A DNA stretch of 63,838 nt, filler included. It is 5 parts of 5 records of this genome, joined end to end, with 100 filler letters (N's around TTAATTAATTAA, not from the genome) between each part and the next. Parts side by side here need not be neighbours in the genome. Positions count along the whole stretch, not along the records: positions 1 to 24,649 come from DRR723986_11609; 4 more parts are not named here. One strand, given 5' to 3'. How positions within the stretch are numbered: the first letter of the stretch is position 1; every line of letters starts with the position of its first letter. The notes under the pieces are model-generated. The model was not told the DNA's origin. It ran no database searches and saw only the letters and a list, made by a program, of their open reading frames with translations. A program made the position numbers and the translations under genes. Positions 10,339 through 20,848 of the stretch are shown here, in pieces.

Positions 10339-11029
10339 GCTTCAACGCCAATCGTTCAGTGGTGGTTTGGGCGACCTTGTCGCGAACATACAAAGGCTGA
10401 CAGTCAAACGGCGCAACCACTCGACCTGCCGCAAACTCTTGCCAGGCCAACTGTGCCAAGCGAGTTGCACAGACTACCCCAGGCTCAATGCCTTTACCGG
10501 GGTTTGCTCGCTGAGCATACAAATGGGCATCACACACAGCAGGCCCTTGAATGTTCTGAAATTTATCCATGGCCAACAAATGGGGAGGATCCAACCACTC
10601 CGTACCCTTCGAAGTCCGCCGAATGCGAGCGGCATAGATTTCATTCAAACGCGCATCAATCAATAGTGTGAACGACTGATCACTGTACTGTTCGGGCAAC
10701 ATGCATTCAAAGCTGGTCAACGGCACAGCGGGTACTTGCCAGGCCACAGCCAGACCTTGGGCAATACCACATGCTGTGCGCAAGCTGGTAAAGCCACCTG
10801 GGCCAATATCTACGGCAATCGCTGCACACTGGGCGGGCTTTGCCCCAGATTGTTCAAGGTGTTGCCGAATCATGGGCAGCAATTGGGCAGACTGGCTTTT
10901 GTAATCCACAATTTCAAAACCAAACAGGCCAGCACCCAGCGAATCGGATCCATGCGGTTCAGTGGTGGCCACCACCTTGGCAACACCGGAACTGGTACTG
11001 ATCGCCAAAATAAAACGGGAAGCCATCAC
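10325..11029 (-). CDS. tsaB: tRNA t6A biosynthesis protein TsaB
   Basis: [35 protein letters not shown]. Confidence 0.92.
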   Translation of the reverse strand: MMASRFILAISTSSGVAKVVATTEPHGSDSLGAGLFGFEIVDYKSQSAQLLPMIRQHLEQSGAKPAQCAAIAVDIGPGGFTSLRTACGIAQGLAVAWQVPAVPLTSFECMLPEQYSDQSFTLLIDARLNEIYAARIRRTSKGTEWLDPPHLLAMDKFQNIQGPAVCDAHLYAQRANPGKGIEPGVVCATRLAQLAWQEFAAGRVVAPFDCQPLYVRDKVAQTTTERLALKHGVI

Positions 11030-11520
11030 TCACCCTTCACCATCAGCACCACAGCCTGCGCCTCAATGGCCTCCTTGCGACCAAGGTAACCCAGTTTTTC
11101 GTTGGTTTTGGCCTTGATGTTGACTGCATCCAGTGGCAAGCCACAAAGGCTGCTTAAACTTGAATGCATGGCTGCCATGTGAGGGGCAAGCTTTGGGCTT
11201 TGGCAAATCAGAGTGGAATCGATATTGATCAAGGTAAACCCCTTACGCCCGGCCTTCTCGATCACGTTTTTTAATAGGATGCCGCTATCAGCCCCTTCAA
11301 ACTGTGGGTCTGTGTCTGAAAAATGAGTGCCAATATCGCCCATCGCGCAAGCGCCCAGAATTGCATCAGTAATGGCGTGCAACAGCGCATCTGCATCGGA
11401 ATGACCCAGCAAACCGAGCTCGGAAGGAATGTGTACTCCGCCCAAAATCAGCCGACGCCCTTCGACCAGGCGATGTACGTCATACCCCTGCCCCACTCTC
11501 AAGCGGCCAATTTCACTCAT
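11026..11520 (-). CDS. ispF: 2-C-methyl-D-erythritol 2,4-cyclodiphosphate synthase
   Basis: [35 protein letters not shown]. Confidence 0.97.
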   Translation of the reverse strand: MSEIGRLRVGQGYDVHRLVEGRRLILGGVHIPSELGLLGHSDADALLHAITDAILGACAMGDIGTHFSDTDPQFEGADSGILLKNVIEKAGRKGFTLINIDSTLICQSPKLAPHMAAMHSSLSSLCGLPLDAVNIKAKTNEKLGYLGRKEAIEAQAVVLMVKGE

Positions 11521-12248
11521 TCAAAATTCTCCTGATGCAAACCAAGCAATCTGGCCACTGTCCGCAAATCTTCGGCTTGGGTAATTTTCATGTTTTCCAC
11601 ATGCCCCGGAACGATCAGGGGACCAATGCCCAGGGTTTCAATCGCACTGGCATCGTCGGTTAACTGGGCACCTTTGTACAAGCACTCGGAAATAGCCATG
11701 CTAAGCGCCTGCGCCCGAAACATTTGCGGCGTCTGCGCCGCCCACAAGTGGTCTCTGGGCACCGTGTGTTGAGCAATCACTTCGCCTTCTTGGGCCAAGC
11801 TGGTTCTCTTCAAGGTATCCGCCACAGGCACAGCCAACAACGCGCCCGCAATGTGTTCACTGCCCTCATCAATCAGGCGTTTCAACGCGGCAGCGCTCAA
11901 GCCAGGCCGCGCGGCATCGTGCACCAAAACCCAATCGGTTTCACCCACCAGTAAATTTTCAAGCAAATGGTTCAGGCCATTGAGCACGCTATTCACGCGT
12001 TCCTGTCCCCCCAAGGGCAGGCAGATAACCTGGCTGTTGCCCTGAAACAGCTTCATCGCTGCGGAATCATCACTTGCAACAACCACGAACACCTTTTCCA
12101 CGCGCGGGTCAGCCAACAATGCCCCTACGCTGTGCTCCAGCACTGTTTTAGCGCCCAGTATCGTATATTGCTTGGGAATGGCGCCACCGAAGCGACGACC
12201 CGCCCCACCTGCGGGCACCAATCCAAAATACTTGGCAGTTTTTGCCAT
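11517..12248 (-). CDS. ispD: 2-C-methyl-D-erythritol 4-phosphate cytidylyltransferase
   Basis: [40 protein letters not shown]. Confidence 0.97.
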   Translation of the reverse strand: MAKTAKYFGLVPAGGAGRRFGGAIPKQYTILGAKTVLEHSVGALLADPRVEKVFVVVASDDSAAMKLFQGNSQVICLPLGGQERVNSVLNGLNHLLENLLVGETDWVLVHDAARPGLSAAALKRLIDEGSEHIAGALLAVPVADTLKRTSLAQEGEVIAQHTVPRDHLWAAQTPQMFRAQALSMAISECLYKGAQLTDDASAIETLGIGPLIVPGHVENMKITQAEDLRTVARLLGLHQENFE

Positions 12249-12343
12249 GAAAGCCTGTTCCTATGCGGGTACTTGCCGCCGTATAATACGGGCCTTGATT
12301 CATCGACCCAAAACCCGAACTTGACGCCCACTGGAAAACCAGC

Positions 12344-15300
12344 ATGGTTGTTGTATCCAAGCGGGCGAACCTTATGCTGTCATATTTTACTTCTTCTTTT
12401 CAGCTAACCAGCGGCCACAGGCTCAGCTTGGCGCACCCACCAGGCAGCGCTGATGCGTTTTTGTTGGCGCAACTGTGTACCCAGGCAAAGACACTGGACA
12501 AACTTTGCCTGATTACCTGCGCCAACCCACACGACGCCACACGCCTACAAGAAGAAATCGCCTTGTTTGCACCCGCATTAAAAGTGCATTACCTGCCTGA
12601 CTGGGAAACACTGCCCTACGACAGTTTGTCAGCCCACCAAGACTTGGTATCCGAACGACTCGCCACGCTTTACCAAACCCAGCGTGGTGATCTGGATGTG
12701 TTGATTACAGCGGCCAGCACTGCCATCCAGAAACTGGCACCCCCTTCGTTTTTGGCTGGCAGTACTTTCTACTTCAAAACGGGCGACAAACTGAATGAAA
12801 AGAAGCTGCGTGAGCAGTTGACGATTGCGGGTTATAACCATGTTTCACAGGTCATGACACCCGGTGAATACTGTATTCGCGGCGGCATTATCGACCTGTT
12901 TGCAACCGGCACTGCATTGCCGTTTCGAATTGATTTGTTTGATGATGAAATTGAATCCATCAAAACATTCGATGTAGACACCCAACGCAGCCTGTACCCC
13001 GTGCGGGAAATGCGCCTGCTACCTGGCCGCGAATACCCCATGGATGAACAAAGCCGTGCGCAATTTCGCAGCAAATGGCGGGAACGTTTCGAAGGTGACC
13101 CTTCCAAGGTGTCCATTTACCGAGATATGGGCACGGGCGTGGCCAGCGCAGGCATTGAGTATTACCTGCCCCTGTTTTTTGAGAACACCGCCAGCCTTAT
13201 TGATTACCTGCCCAAAAAAGAACTGGTGTTTATTCAACATGGCGACGTCGACCAAGCCTTGCAAACATTTTGGGCTGACACACAAAGCCGTTTCGATTTT
13301 CTTTCGAAAGACATTCAACGCCCTATTCTACGACCTTCCGAAATTTACCTGAATGCCACTGAATTCTTTAGTAGTTTCGAGAATGCTGCACGCGTAAATT
13401 TGTCGGCATCCAAGAACGCCCTGGTGCCGGAATACAGCGGCGCGCTGCTGCCCGACCTGGCTGCAGATCGCAAAGCCGACGATCCAATTTTCAAGTTCCG
13501 CAACCTGGTAGAACGAACGGGTGCAGGAAGCTACAAACAAGTCATCATGGTGGCACCAAGCGATGGTCGCCGCGAAACCCTGAACCAGTATTTTCTGGAA
13601 CACAAACTAAAGCCCCACCAAACAGAAACACTGCAAGGTGCACTAGAAAGTGGCGAACGTTTTGTACTGTGCACTGCAGTGCTCGACCAAGGATTTGGCG
13701 TACACCGCGGGCTGGAAGCGCAAGTGGCGTTCGTCACGGAAGCAGAATTATTCTCGCTCTCACCCCGCCGCCGCGGCGCACGCAGGCAACAGGAAAGGCA
13801 AAGCAACGTTGAATCCATGATTCGCGATTTGTCTGAACTGAAAATTGGCGATCCGGTAGTGCACCAGCAGCATGGCATAGGCCGCTACAAAGGTCTGATC
13901 AGCATGGACCTTGGTGAAGGCGCATCTGAATTCCTGCACCTTGAATATGCCAATGGTTCAAACCTGTTTGTGCCGGTCGCCCAACTGCATGTGATTGCCC
14001 GCTATAGCGGCGCTGACCCGGAAAATGCGCCAGTACATGCCCTGGGTTCAGGCCAATGGGAAAAGGCAAAAAAGAAAGCGGCAAAAATGGTGCGCGACAC
14101 CGCGGCCGAATTGCTCAACCTTTATGCCCGCCGCGCGCTGCGCAAAGGCCATGAATTCAAGTTAAGCATTGGCGACTACGAAGCCTTTGTTGAAAAATTC
14201 GGTTTTGAAGAAACCGCTGACCAGGCCGCTGCGATTCGAGCCGTCATTGCCGACATGACCTCACCTCGCCCCATGGACCGCCTGGTGTGCGGCGATGTGG
14301 GCTTTGGAAAAACCGAAGTAGCCTTGCGTGCTGCTTTCGTCAGCGTAATGGATGGCAAACAGGTGGTGCTGCTGGCACCCACCACATTGCTTGCTGAACA
14401 ACATTTTCAGACCTTCTCAGACCGGTTTTCGGACTGGCCTGTGAAGGTGGTTGAATTGTCGCGTTTCAAATCGCCCAAGGAAATTCGGGATGCAGTTGAA
14501 TTAATCAACAGTGGGCGTGCCGACATCATTATTGGTACCCACAAGGTGCTGAGTTCCGAGGTGGAGTTTTCCCGCCTTGGCTTGGTAATTATTGATGAAG
14601 AACATCGTTTTGGTGTGCGCCAAAAAGAAGCGCTGAAAAACCTGCGTGCCGAAGTAGATGTGTTGACACTGACCGCAACACCCATTCCACGTACCCTGGC
14701 CATGAGCATGGAAGGCATTCGCGATTTTTCGGTGATTGCCACCGCACCGCAACGTCGCCTGTCGATTAAAACCTTTGTGCGCCGCGAAACCGACAGTGTC
14801 ATCCGTGAAGCCGTGCTGCGTGAATTGAAACGTGGCGGGCAGGTGTACTACCTACACAATGAAGTGGACACCATTGAAAACCGTCGAGAAGCGCTTGAGA
14901 GAATATTGCCCGAAGCACGAATCGGGATTGCCCACGGGCAAATGAACGAACGCGACCTTGAACGTGTGATGCGCGATTTTTACCAGCAACGCTTCAACGT
15001 GTTGTTGTGCACCACCATCATTGAAACCGGTATTGATGTACCCACCGCCAACACCATTGTCATTCATCGCGCGGATAAATTCGGCTTGGCACAATTGCAC
15101 CAGCTGCGCGGCCGGGTTGGGCGAAGCCACCACCAGGCCTACGCCTACATGATGGTGAACAATGAAGAAGGTTTGAGCAAGAATGCGGAGCGTCGCCTCG
15201 AAGCCATTACCATGATGGAAGACCTTGGCAGCGGTTTTTACCTGGCCATGCATGACCTTGAAATTCGTGGCGCTGGTGAAGTGCTGGGCGCCAACCAGAG

Positions 15301-15838
15301 CGGCAATGTGCACGAAGTGGGTTTTCAAATGTACACCGATATGCTGAACCACGCCGTACGCAGTTTGCGCGCAGGTAAAGAGCCCGATTTAACCGCACCG
15401 CTGAACGCCACGGTAGAAATTAACCTCCACACCCCTGCCCTGCTACCGGAGGATTACTGCCCCGATGTACATGAGCGTCTTACGCTGTACAAGCGCCTCG
15501 CCAGCACAGAAGAAATGGACTTTATTTCAGAGGTACAAGAGGAATTGATTGACCGTTTTGGCAAATTGCCTGACGCAGCCACGGCACTGCTGGAAACGCA
15601 CCGTCTACGCATTCTGGCCAAACCACTGGGCATTGCAAAAATTGACAGCTCCACCGACGCAACGGTGGTGCAGTTTGATGCCCAACCGAATGTGGATGCG
15701 GGCAAAATTATCTTGATGATTCAAAAAGAAAAGGACATGAAACTGGCTGGTGCTGAACGCTTGCGGATCACACGCAGTTTCCCGAAAGTCAGCGACCGTG
15801 TACAGTTTCTCAAAGGTTTGATCAAACAACTGGCTTGA
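12344..15838 (+). CDS. mfd: Transcription-repair coupling factor
   Basis: LPDWETLPYD, CGDVGFGKTEVA, DEEHRFGV, QLRGRVGR and TRCF C-terminal domain; start may instead be 12374. Confidence 0.97.
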   Translation: MVVVSKRANLMLSYFTSSFQLTSGHRLSLAHPPGSADAFLLAQLCTQAKTLDKLCLITCANPHDATRLQEEIALFAPALKVHYLPDWETLPYDSLSAHQDLVSERLATLYQTQRGDLDVLITAASTAIQKLAPPSFLAGSTFYFKTGDKLNEKKLREQLTIAGYNHVSQVMTPGEYCIRGGIIDLFATGTALPFRIDLFDDEIESIKTFDVDTQRSLYPVREMRLLPGREYPMDEQSRAQFRSKWRERFEGDPSKVSIYRDMGTGVASAGIEYYLPLFFENTASLIDYLPKKELVFIQHGDVDQALQTFWADTQSRFDFLSKDIQRPILRPSEIYLNATEFFSSFENAARVNLSASKNALVPEYSGALLPDLAADRKADDPIFKFRNLVERTGAGSYKQVIMVAPSDGRRETLNQYFLEHKLKPHQTETLQGALESGERFVLCTAVLDQGFGVHRGLEAQVAFVTEAELFSLSPRRRGARRQQERQSNVESMIRDLSELKIGDPVVHQQHGIGRYKGLISMDLGEGASEFLHLEYANGSNLFVPVAQLHVIARYSGADPENAPVHALGSGQWEKAKKKAAKMVRDTAAELLNLYARRALRKGHEFKLSIGDYEAFVEKFGFEETADQAAAIRAVIADMTSPRPMDRLVCGDVGFGKTEVALRAAFVSVMDGKQVVLLAPTTLLAEQHFQTFSDRFSDWPVKVVELSRFKSPKEIRDAVELINSGRADIIIGTHKVLSSEVEFSRLGLVIIDEEHRFGVRQKEALKNLRAEVDVLTLTATPIPRTLAMSMEGIRDFSVIATAPQRRLSIKTFVRRETDSVIREAVLRELKRGGQVYYLHNEVDTIENRREALERILPEARIGIAHGQMNERDLERVMRDFYQQRFNVLLCTTIIETGIDVPTANTIVIHRADKFGLAQLHQLRGRVGRSHHQAYAYMMVNNEEGLSKNAERRLEAITMMEDLGSGFYLAMHDLEIRGAGEVLGANQSGNVHEVGFQMYTDMLNHAVRSLRAGKEPDLTAPLNATVEINLHTPALLPEDYCPDVHERLTLYKRLASTEEMDFISEVQEELIDRFGKLPDAATALLETHRLRILAKPLGIAKIDSSTDATVVQFDAQPNVDAGKIILMIQKEKDMKLAGAERLRITRSFPKVSDRVQFLKGLIKQLA

Positions 15839-15842
15839 ATTC

Positions 15843-16886
15843 ATGACCCACAACGCTGGCAGACACCAAATTTGGTTGCACTTGTTGGGCGCAGCGCTTC
15901 TTGGCTGTGCGATTCTCAATGCAGCCACCGCCAAAGCGGCGGAAAGCCCGACGGCTGGCGATGCTGGGATGACCGTGTACAAAGCGCTTCTACCAAAGGC
16001 CGAAGCGGGCGATGCTGAGGTACAAACCACACTTGGGCTGATGCGCTTACGCGGCGATGTGGTAGAGCGCGACCTGAAAGTTGCACGCGTGTGGCTGGGT
16101 AAAGCAGCCCTTCAAAACCATACTCCTGCTCAATATTATCTGGGGCAATTGCTGTTGCTTGATGTATTCAACGCCAGTCAAAGCGATTTGAACAAACAGC
16201 TAACCGAGGGTATGGGTTGGTTGCGTCGCGCATCGCGAGACCAACACCACCCATCGCAATTGCTGTATTCAAAAACCGTGCTTGAAAGCCAATTGGAGAG
16301 CCCATTCGGACACAGTAAAATTGAAGCCCAGCAACACCTTGATTCCTGCGCAGAAGTTCATTTGCCCTGCACGCAGTACGCACTACAGCGACTCGACCAA
16401 GGAAAAGAAGAGGTTTATTGCCCCAACAATGAATTCTGTGAACAGAAAAAACGATTGTTGTATACGCTAGCCAATTCAGATGACGCCAATGCTCGTTACC
16501 GGCTGAGCAAATTCGAAGGCGAAGACCGCATGTTTTGGATAAGGCGTGCTGCGCGCTTGAATCATCCAAAGGCAAGCCACGAGTTGGCCGAGTTGGTGTT
16601 GAAAAATGAAGTGCCCCTGCAACCCGAAGACCCTGCCGTACTGGCCCTGCTCAACGCAGCCGCGCAACAGGGTGAGCTTGAATCCATGTATCTCCTGGGC
16701 AGCCTGCTCCATGAAGGAACCCGATTTCCTGTCAACAAGCCCTTGGGGTTACAATGGTTAAACCTTGCGGCGCAACGGGGTCACAAACCCTCGATTGAAC
16801 TCTTGGCACAACTTCAAGAGCCCGCCGGCAACATTCCTGCAACTGACAAGGTAGAATCCGCGCAACCCACGGAGAGCACACCATGA
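15843..16886 (+). CDS. Exported Sel1-like repeat protein
   Basis: Signal peptide ending AKA; Sel1 motifs AEAGDAEVQTTLG, WLGKAALQNH..AQYYLG, WLNLAAQRGH. Confidence 0.8.
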   Translation: MTHNAGRHQIWLHLLGAALLGCAILNAATAKAAESPTAGDAGMTVYKALLPKAEAGDAEVQTTLGLMRLRGDVVERDLKVARVWLGKAALQNHTPAQYYLGQLLLLDVFNASQSDLNKQLTEGMGWLRRASRDQHHPSQLLYSKTVLESQLESPFGHSKIEAQQHLDSCAEVHLPCTQYALQRLDQGKEEVYCPNNEFCEQKKRLLYTLANSDDANARYRLSKFEGEDRMFWIRRAARLNHPKASHELAELVLKNEVPLQPEDPAVLALLNAAAQQGELESMYLLGSLLHEGTRFPVNKPLGLQWLNLAAQRGHKPSIELLAQLQEPAGNIPATDKVESAQPTESTP

Positions 16887-17755
16887 GCCGACTATTCTTT
16901 TCCTCGCAAACTTTAAGCACAGCACAAGTGCACACAGCCCTGGATGCACTGAGCCTTCCAACCTTGGGTGTTGAGGTGCTGAATCACCAGGCATGCATCG
17001 AAATTCCAGAAGCCTATACCCTGCCCAAAGCTGCAATCACCGACACCTTGAGACCGTTGGCACGTACACATCAATTCGATTTTGCAATTCTGGATGCCGA
17101 GTTTCAGGCCAATGAATTCAAGCTGCTGGCCATGGACATGGACAGCACCTTGATTACCATTGAATGCATCGATGAAATTGCCGACTTTGCGGGCAAGAAA
17201 AAAGAGGTTTCAGAAATTACCGAAGCTGCCATGCGCGGCGAGATCAAAGATTTTTCTGAAAGCCTGAACCGCCGCGTGGCCTTGCTCAAGGGCGTGCCGG
17301 AAAGCTGCCTGCAATCCGTATTTGAAGAACGCCTGCGCTTATCACCGGGCGCAGAAGAACTGATAGCGTATGCCAAAGCAAACAAGTGGAAAACATTGTT
17401 GGTCAGTGGTGGCTTCACATTTTTCACAGACAAAATGAAAGAAGTATTGGGGCTGGATTACACCCGCTCCAACACGCTTGAAATTGTAGATGGGCATTTG
17501 ACAGGCCGTGTGCTGGGCACCATTGTGGATGCAGAAGTAAAACGCGAAACCGTGTTGGAAACCTGCACAATATTGGGCTGCGAGCCCTCACGCGCCATTG
17601 TGGTGGGCGATGGATCGAACGATTTGAAAATGATGGAAATTTCAGGTGCCAGCGTGGCTTTTCATGCCAAGCCAGTGGTGCAGGAGAAAACAGATTTTTG
17701 CATCAACCACGGCGGCTTGGACACGATATGCAAGTGGTTTGAAGCAAACGTATAA
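16883..17755 (+). CDS. serB: Phosphoserine phosphatase
   Basis: HAD motifs MDMDSTLI..ECIDE, LVSGGF, GDGSNDL. Confidence 0.95.
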   Translation: MSRLFFSSQTLSTAQVHTALDALSLPTLGVEVLNHQACIEIPEAYTLPKAAITDTLRPLARTHQFDFAILDAEFQANEFKLLAMDMDSTLITIECIDEIADFAGKKKEVSEITEAAMRGEIKDFSESLNRRVALLKGVPESCLQSVFEERLRLSPGAEELIAYAKANKWKTLLVSGGFTFFTDKMKEVLGLDYTRSNTLEIVDGHLTGRVLGTIVDAEVKRETVLETCTILGCEPSRAIVVGDGSNDLKMMEISGASVAFHAKPVVQEKTDFCINHGGLDTICKWFEANV

Positions 17756-17840
17756 CTCATTCAAATTACCCTCCAACAAATGAACTTTCTGGAAATGGCA
17801 TGCAACACAGTCGGTCACAGATCACCGAAGCAAATGTTGC

Positions 17841-19559
17841 ATGCTCCCTACACCGGAATCATCGTCCCTTCTAAAAACCGCGCTGCAAGGCCATAGGCGC
17901 TGGCTAAAAGTTTTAATCGCTTTCAGCGCCGCAATTAACCTTTTGGCACTTACACCCAGCATTTACATGATGCAGGTGTACGACAGGGTATTAAGCAGCC
18001 AAAGCCAATCCACACTACTGGCACTCACTGCCTTGGTTGTTGGGCTTTACATCCTTGCAGGCATGCTGGAACACCACCGCGTCGCCACCCTGACCCGAAT
18101 TGGAAATGCTCTTGAACAGGAATTCAGCGCCAGGCTGCACACTGCGGCGTTTCAACGTGCCCTAAAAACGCAGGGAAAAGACAACACCGGGCAAGCCATT
18201 CGCGATTTCTCCGCAATTCGTCAATTCATGACCAGCCAGGGTGCCATTGCCCTGTTCGATACTCCGTGGGTGTTGTTCTACATCACATTGCTGTTCGCAT
18301 TTCACCCCTTGTTTGGATTGATGGCACTTTGCTGCGTAGCAATCTCGATCACATTAAGCTGGCTTCACCTTCGAAGCACACGCCCTTTCGAGGAACAAAC
18401 CAACGCACTGGGCATTCTCAGTGCGAACACCATGAACTCGACCCTTCAAAACGCCAACTCCATTCAGGCCATGGGAATGCTACCCACCGTTCAAACCGAA
18501 TGGCTGAGTATTCAAAACGAGCAAACCAACCAACACACCGGGTCTGCCGATGCTTCCTCGGTGTGGACGAACAGCAGCAAATACTTCCGCATGTTTGTGC
18601 AAAGCGCAGCCCTTGGGCTTGGTGCTTATTTGGTATTGAATCAATCACTCAGCGGCGGGATGATGATTGCCGCTTCGATTTTAATGGGCAAGGCACTTGC
18701 CCCGGTCGACATATTAAGCAGTGCCGCCAAAGCATTAACCGGTACACGCCAGGCGTATGAACGCCTGAATAAATTGCTCAACAACAGCCCGCAGACCCGC
18801 GAATTAACCGAATTGCCCACACCCAAACCTGTTATCGAATGCCGCAACATGTACCTGGCAGCGCCTTTGTCAGGCCTATGGCTTTTAAAAAATATTCAGT
18901 TACAAATACCTGCGGGAAGTACCGTGGGTGTAATCGGCCCCAGTGGGTCGGGTAAAACCAGCCTGCTTCATGCACTTGCAGGCATTCTGCCAATTTCCCA
19001 GGGCCGCCTGGAAATTGATGGTGCCGACATTGCACAATACCCCCGCAGCCAACTGGGTGCATGGACAGGTTACCTGGCCCAGCATGTTGAACTGTTTGAA
19101 GGCACAGTTGCACAAAATATTGGTCGCTTTGAACACAACAACGACGAACACATCGTACAAGCCGCTATGGCAGCAGGCGTACACGAACTTGTATTGAAAC
19201 TACCCAAAGGCTACAACACACCACTGGGTGCACAGGGCGAAGGCTTATCGGGTGGCATGCGTCAACGAATAGGGCTTGCTCGGGCCCTGTACAAAAAGCC
19301 ACAACTGTTGCTGCTCGACGAACCCAACGCTCATCTTGATGAAGCAGGTGAAGCCGCTTTGGCCAACGCACTGGTGCAGCATCAACAACACGGCAACACT
19401 GCCATTGTAGTAACCCACAAAAAATCGATTCTGCGCGTGTGCAACAAATTGCTGGTTCTTCGCGACGGTGAAGTATCCGTGTACGGAAACACCCACGAAG
19501 TACTCACACATCTTCAACAACAACCCCCTACACAGCTGACAAGAGTAAAAAATGCATAA
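17841..19559 (+). CDS. Type I secretion ABC transporter (PrtD/AprD type, no C39 domain)
   Basis: YMMQVYDRVL, GPSGSGKT, LSGGMRQRIGLARALY, LDEPNAHLD. Confidence 0.93.
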   Translation: MLPTPESSSLLKTALQGHRRWLKVLIAFSAAINLLALTPSIYMMQVYDRVLSSQSQSTLLALTALVVGLYILAGMLEHHRVATLTRIGNALEQEFSARLHTAAFQRALKTQGKDNTGQAIRDFSAIRQFMTSQGAIALFDTPWVLFYITLLFAFHPLFGLMALCCVAISITLSWLHLRSTRPFEEQTNALGILSANTMNSTLQNANSIQAMGMLPTVQTEWLSIQNEQTNQHTGSADASSVWTNSSKYFRMFVQSAALGLGAYLVLNQSLSGGMMIAASILMGKALAPVDILSSAAKALTGTRQAYERLNKLLNNSPQTRELTELPTPKPVIECRNMYLAAPLSGLWLLKNIQLQIPAGSTVGVIGPSGSGKTSLLHALAGILPISQGRLEIDGADIAQYPRSQLGAWTGYLAQHVELFEGTVAQNIGRFEHNNDEHIVQAAMAAGVHELVLKLPKGYNTPLGAQGEGLSGGMRQRIGLARALYKKPQLLLLDEPNAHLDEAGEAALANALVQHQQHGNTAIVVTHKKSILRVCNKLLVLRDGEVSVYGNTHEVLTHLQQQPPTQLTRVKNA

Positions 19560-20844
19560 CGAACTCGACATCAAAAAAGTGTCCCGCAGAGGCCTTGTTA
19601 CTCTGATTGTCGGTTTCATCGGCTTCGTGGTGTGGGGCAGCCTTGTGGCCATGGACAGAGGCGTGGTGGTAAACGGCACACTCACCTTTCATGGGGAACG
19701 TAAAACCATTGTGCACCCCCACGGCGGCGTGGTTGAAAAAATATGGATTACCGAAGGGCAACTGGTACAACAAGGCCAAACACTGATCAGCCTGAACAAC
19801 ACTGACAGCCAAACCCAGTTGAACGCGCTTCAGGTTCAACACAAAGCGTTGTTGGCAAAGATGGAACGGCTTCAAAAAGAAACAGGCAACAACCTCGAAA
19901 CCACCACAAAGCCTGAAAGCACGGGCAAAGCGGCTGACCCGTTTCAAACCCGGCAACACGAAGCAGAAGCAATGCTGTACGCGAGCCGCCAACGTGCCTT
20001 GCAAAACGACATTCGCATGCTTGAACTGGAAAGCAGCACCGCCCAAAACAGCCTGACTTCGCAAAACAATGCACAACGCAGCAAACAGCAGCAATTGGAA
20101 AGGTTGAAACAACAACACCTTGGCATGGCAGACATGGTGGCCAAAGGCTACATGCCTGCCAACCGGCTTGTAGAACTGCAAGGCCAAATCAGCGCGCTGG
20201 AAGTGGCACTGGCTCAAGATGAAATTCAAATCAGCCAACTGAATGCCACCATACGCAACGCAAAACTGAAAAAGCAGCAACTTCACAACCAGCTGCAAAC
20301 AGAAAGCCAAACCGTACTGGCCGATGTACAAGCCGAACTGGCCGCGCTGGATGAGCAAATTCAGCGCATCGCCTTTGTTGTTCAACACACCAACATTCAA
20401 AGCCCGGTGGCTGGCCAGGTATTGGGATTAAAGCTATTTACGCAGGGCAGCGCCATGCCAGCGAACACACCGATCATGGACATTGCACCGAATGGCAGCG
20501 AACTTGAAATTAGCGCAGAACTTGAACCTGCAATGGTTGATCAGGTAAAAGCCGAACAGCCGGTAACAGTTCGTTTCAGTGCCCTTAAAACAGCACAAAC
20601 GCTGGAAGTTGAAGGTGTTTTAAATCGCGTAGGCGCAGACCAGTTAAGCAACCCCACCACAGGCATGCCCTACATCCCCGTGAATGTTCGCCTGACACAA
20701 AAGGCGTTAGAAGAAATTGCACAACACCGTATACAGGCAGGTGTGCCGGTTGAGTTATTGATTGTAACTGGCGAGCAAACGCTAATGCAGTACCTGTTCA
20801 AACCGATTACAGACAGGCTATTTAGTGCCATGCGGGAGCATTAA
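19552..20844 (+). CDS. Type I secretion periplasmic adaptor (HlyD/PrtE)
   Basis: N-terminal TM, HPHGGVV, long coiled coil, IQSPVAGQV, TGEQTLMQYLFKPI. Confidence 0.92.
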   Translation: MHNELDIKKVSRRGLVTLIVGFIGFVVWGSLVAMDRGVVVNGTLTFHGERKTIVHPHGGVVEKIWITEGQLVQQGQTLISLNNTDSQTQLNALQVQHKALLAKMERLQKETGNNLETTTKPESTGKAADPFQTRQHEAEAMLYASRQRALQNDIRMLELESSTAQNSLTSQNNAQRSKQQQLERLKQQHLGMADMVAKGYMPANRLVELQGQISALEVALAQDEIQISQLNATIRNAKLKKQQLHNQLQTESQTVLADVQAELAALDEQIQRIAFVVQHTNIQSPVAGQVLGLKLFTQGSAMPANTPIMDIAPNGSELEISAELEPAMVDQVKAEQPVTVRFSALKTAQTLEVEGVLNRVGADQLSNPTTGMPYIPVNVRLTQKALEEIAQHRIQAGVPVELLIVTGEQTLMQYLFKPITDRLFSAMREH

Positions 20845-20848
20845 CACC

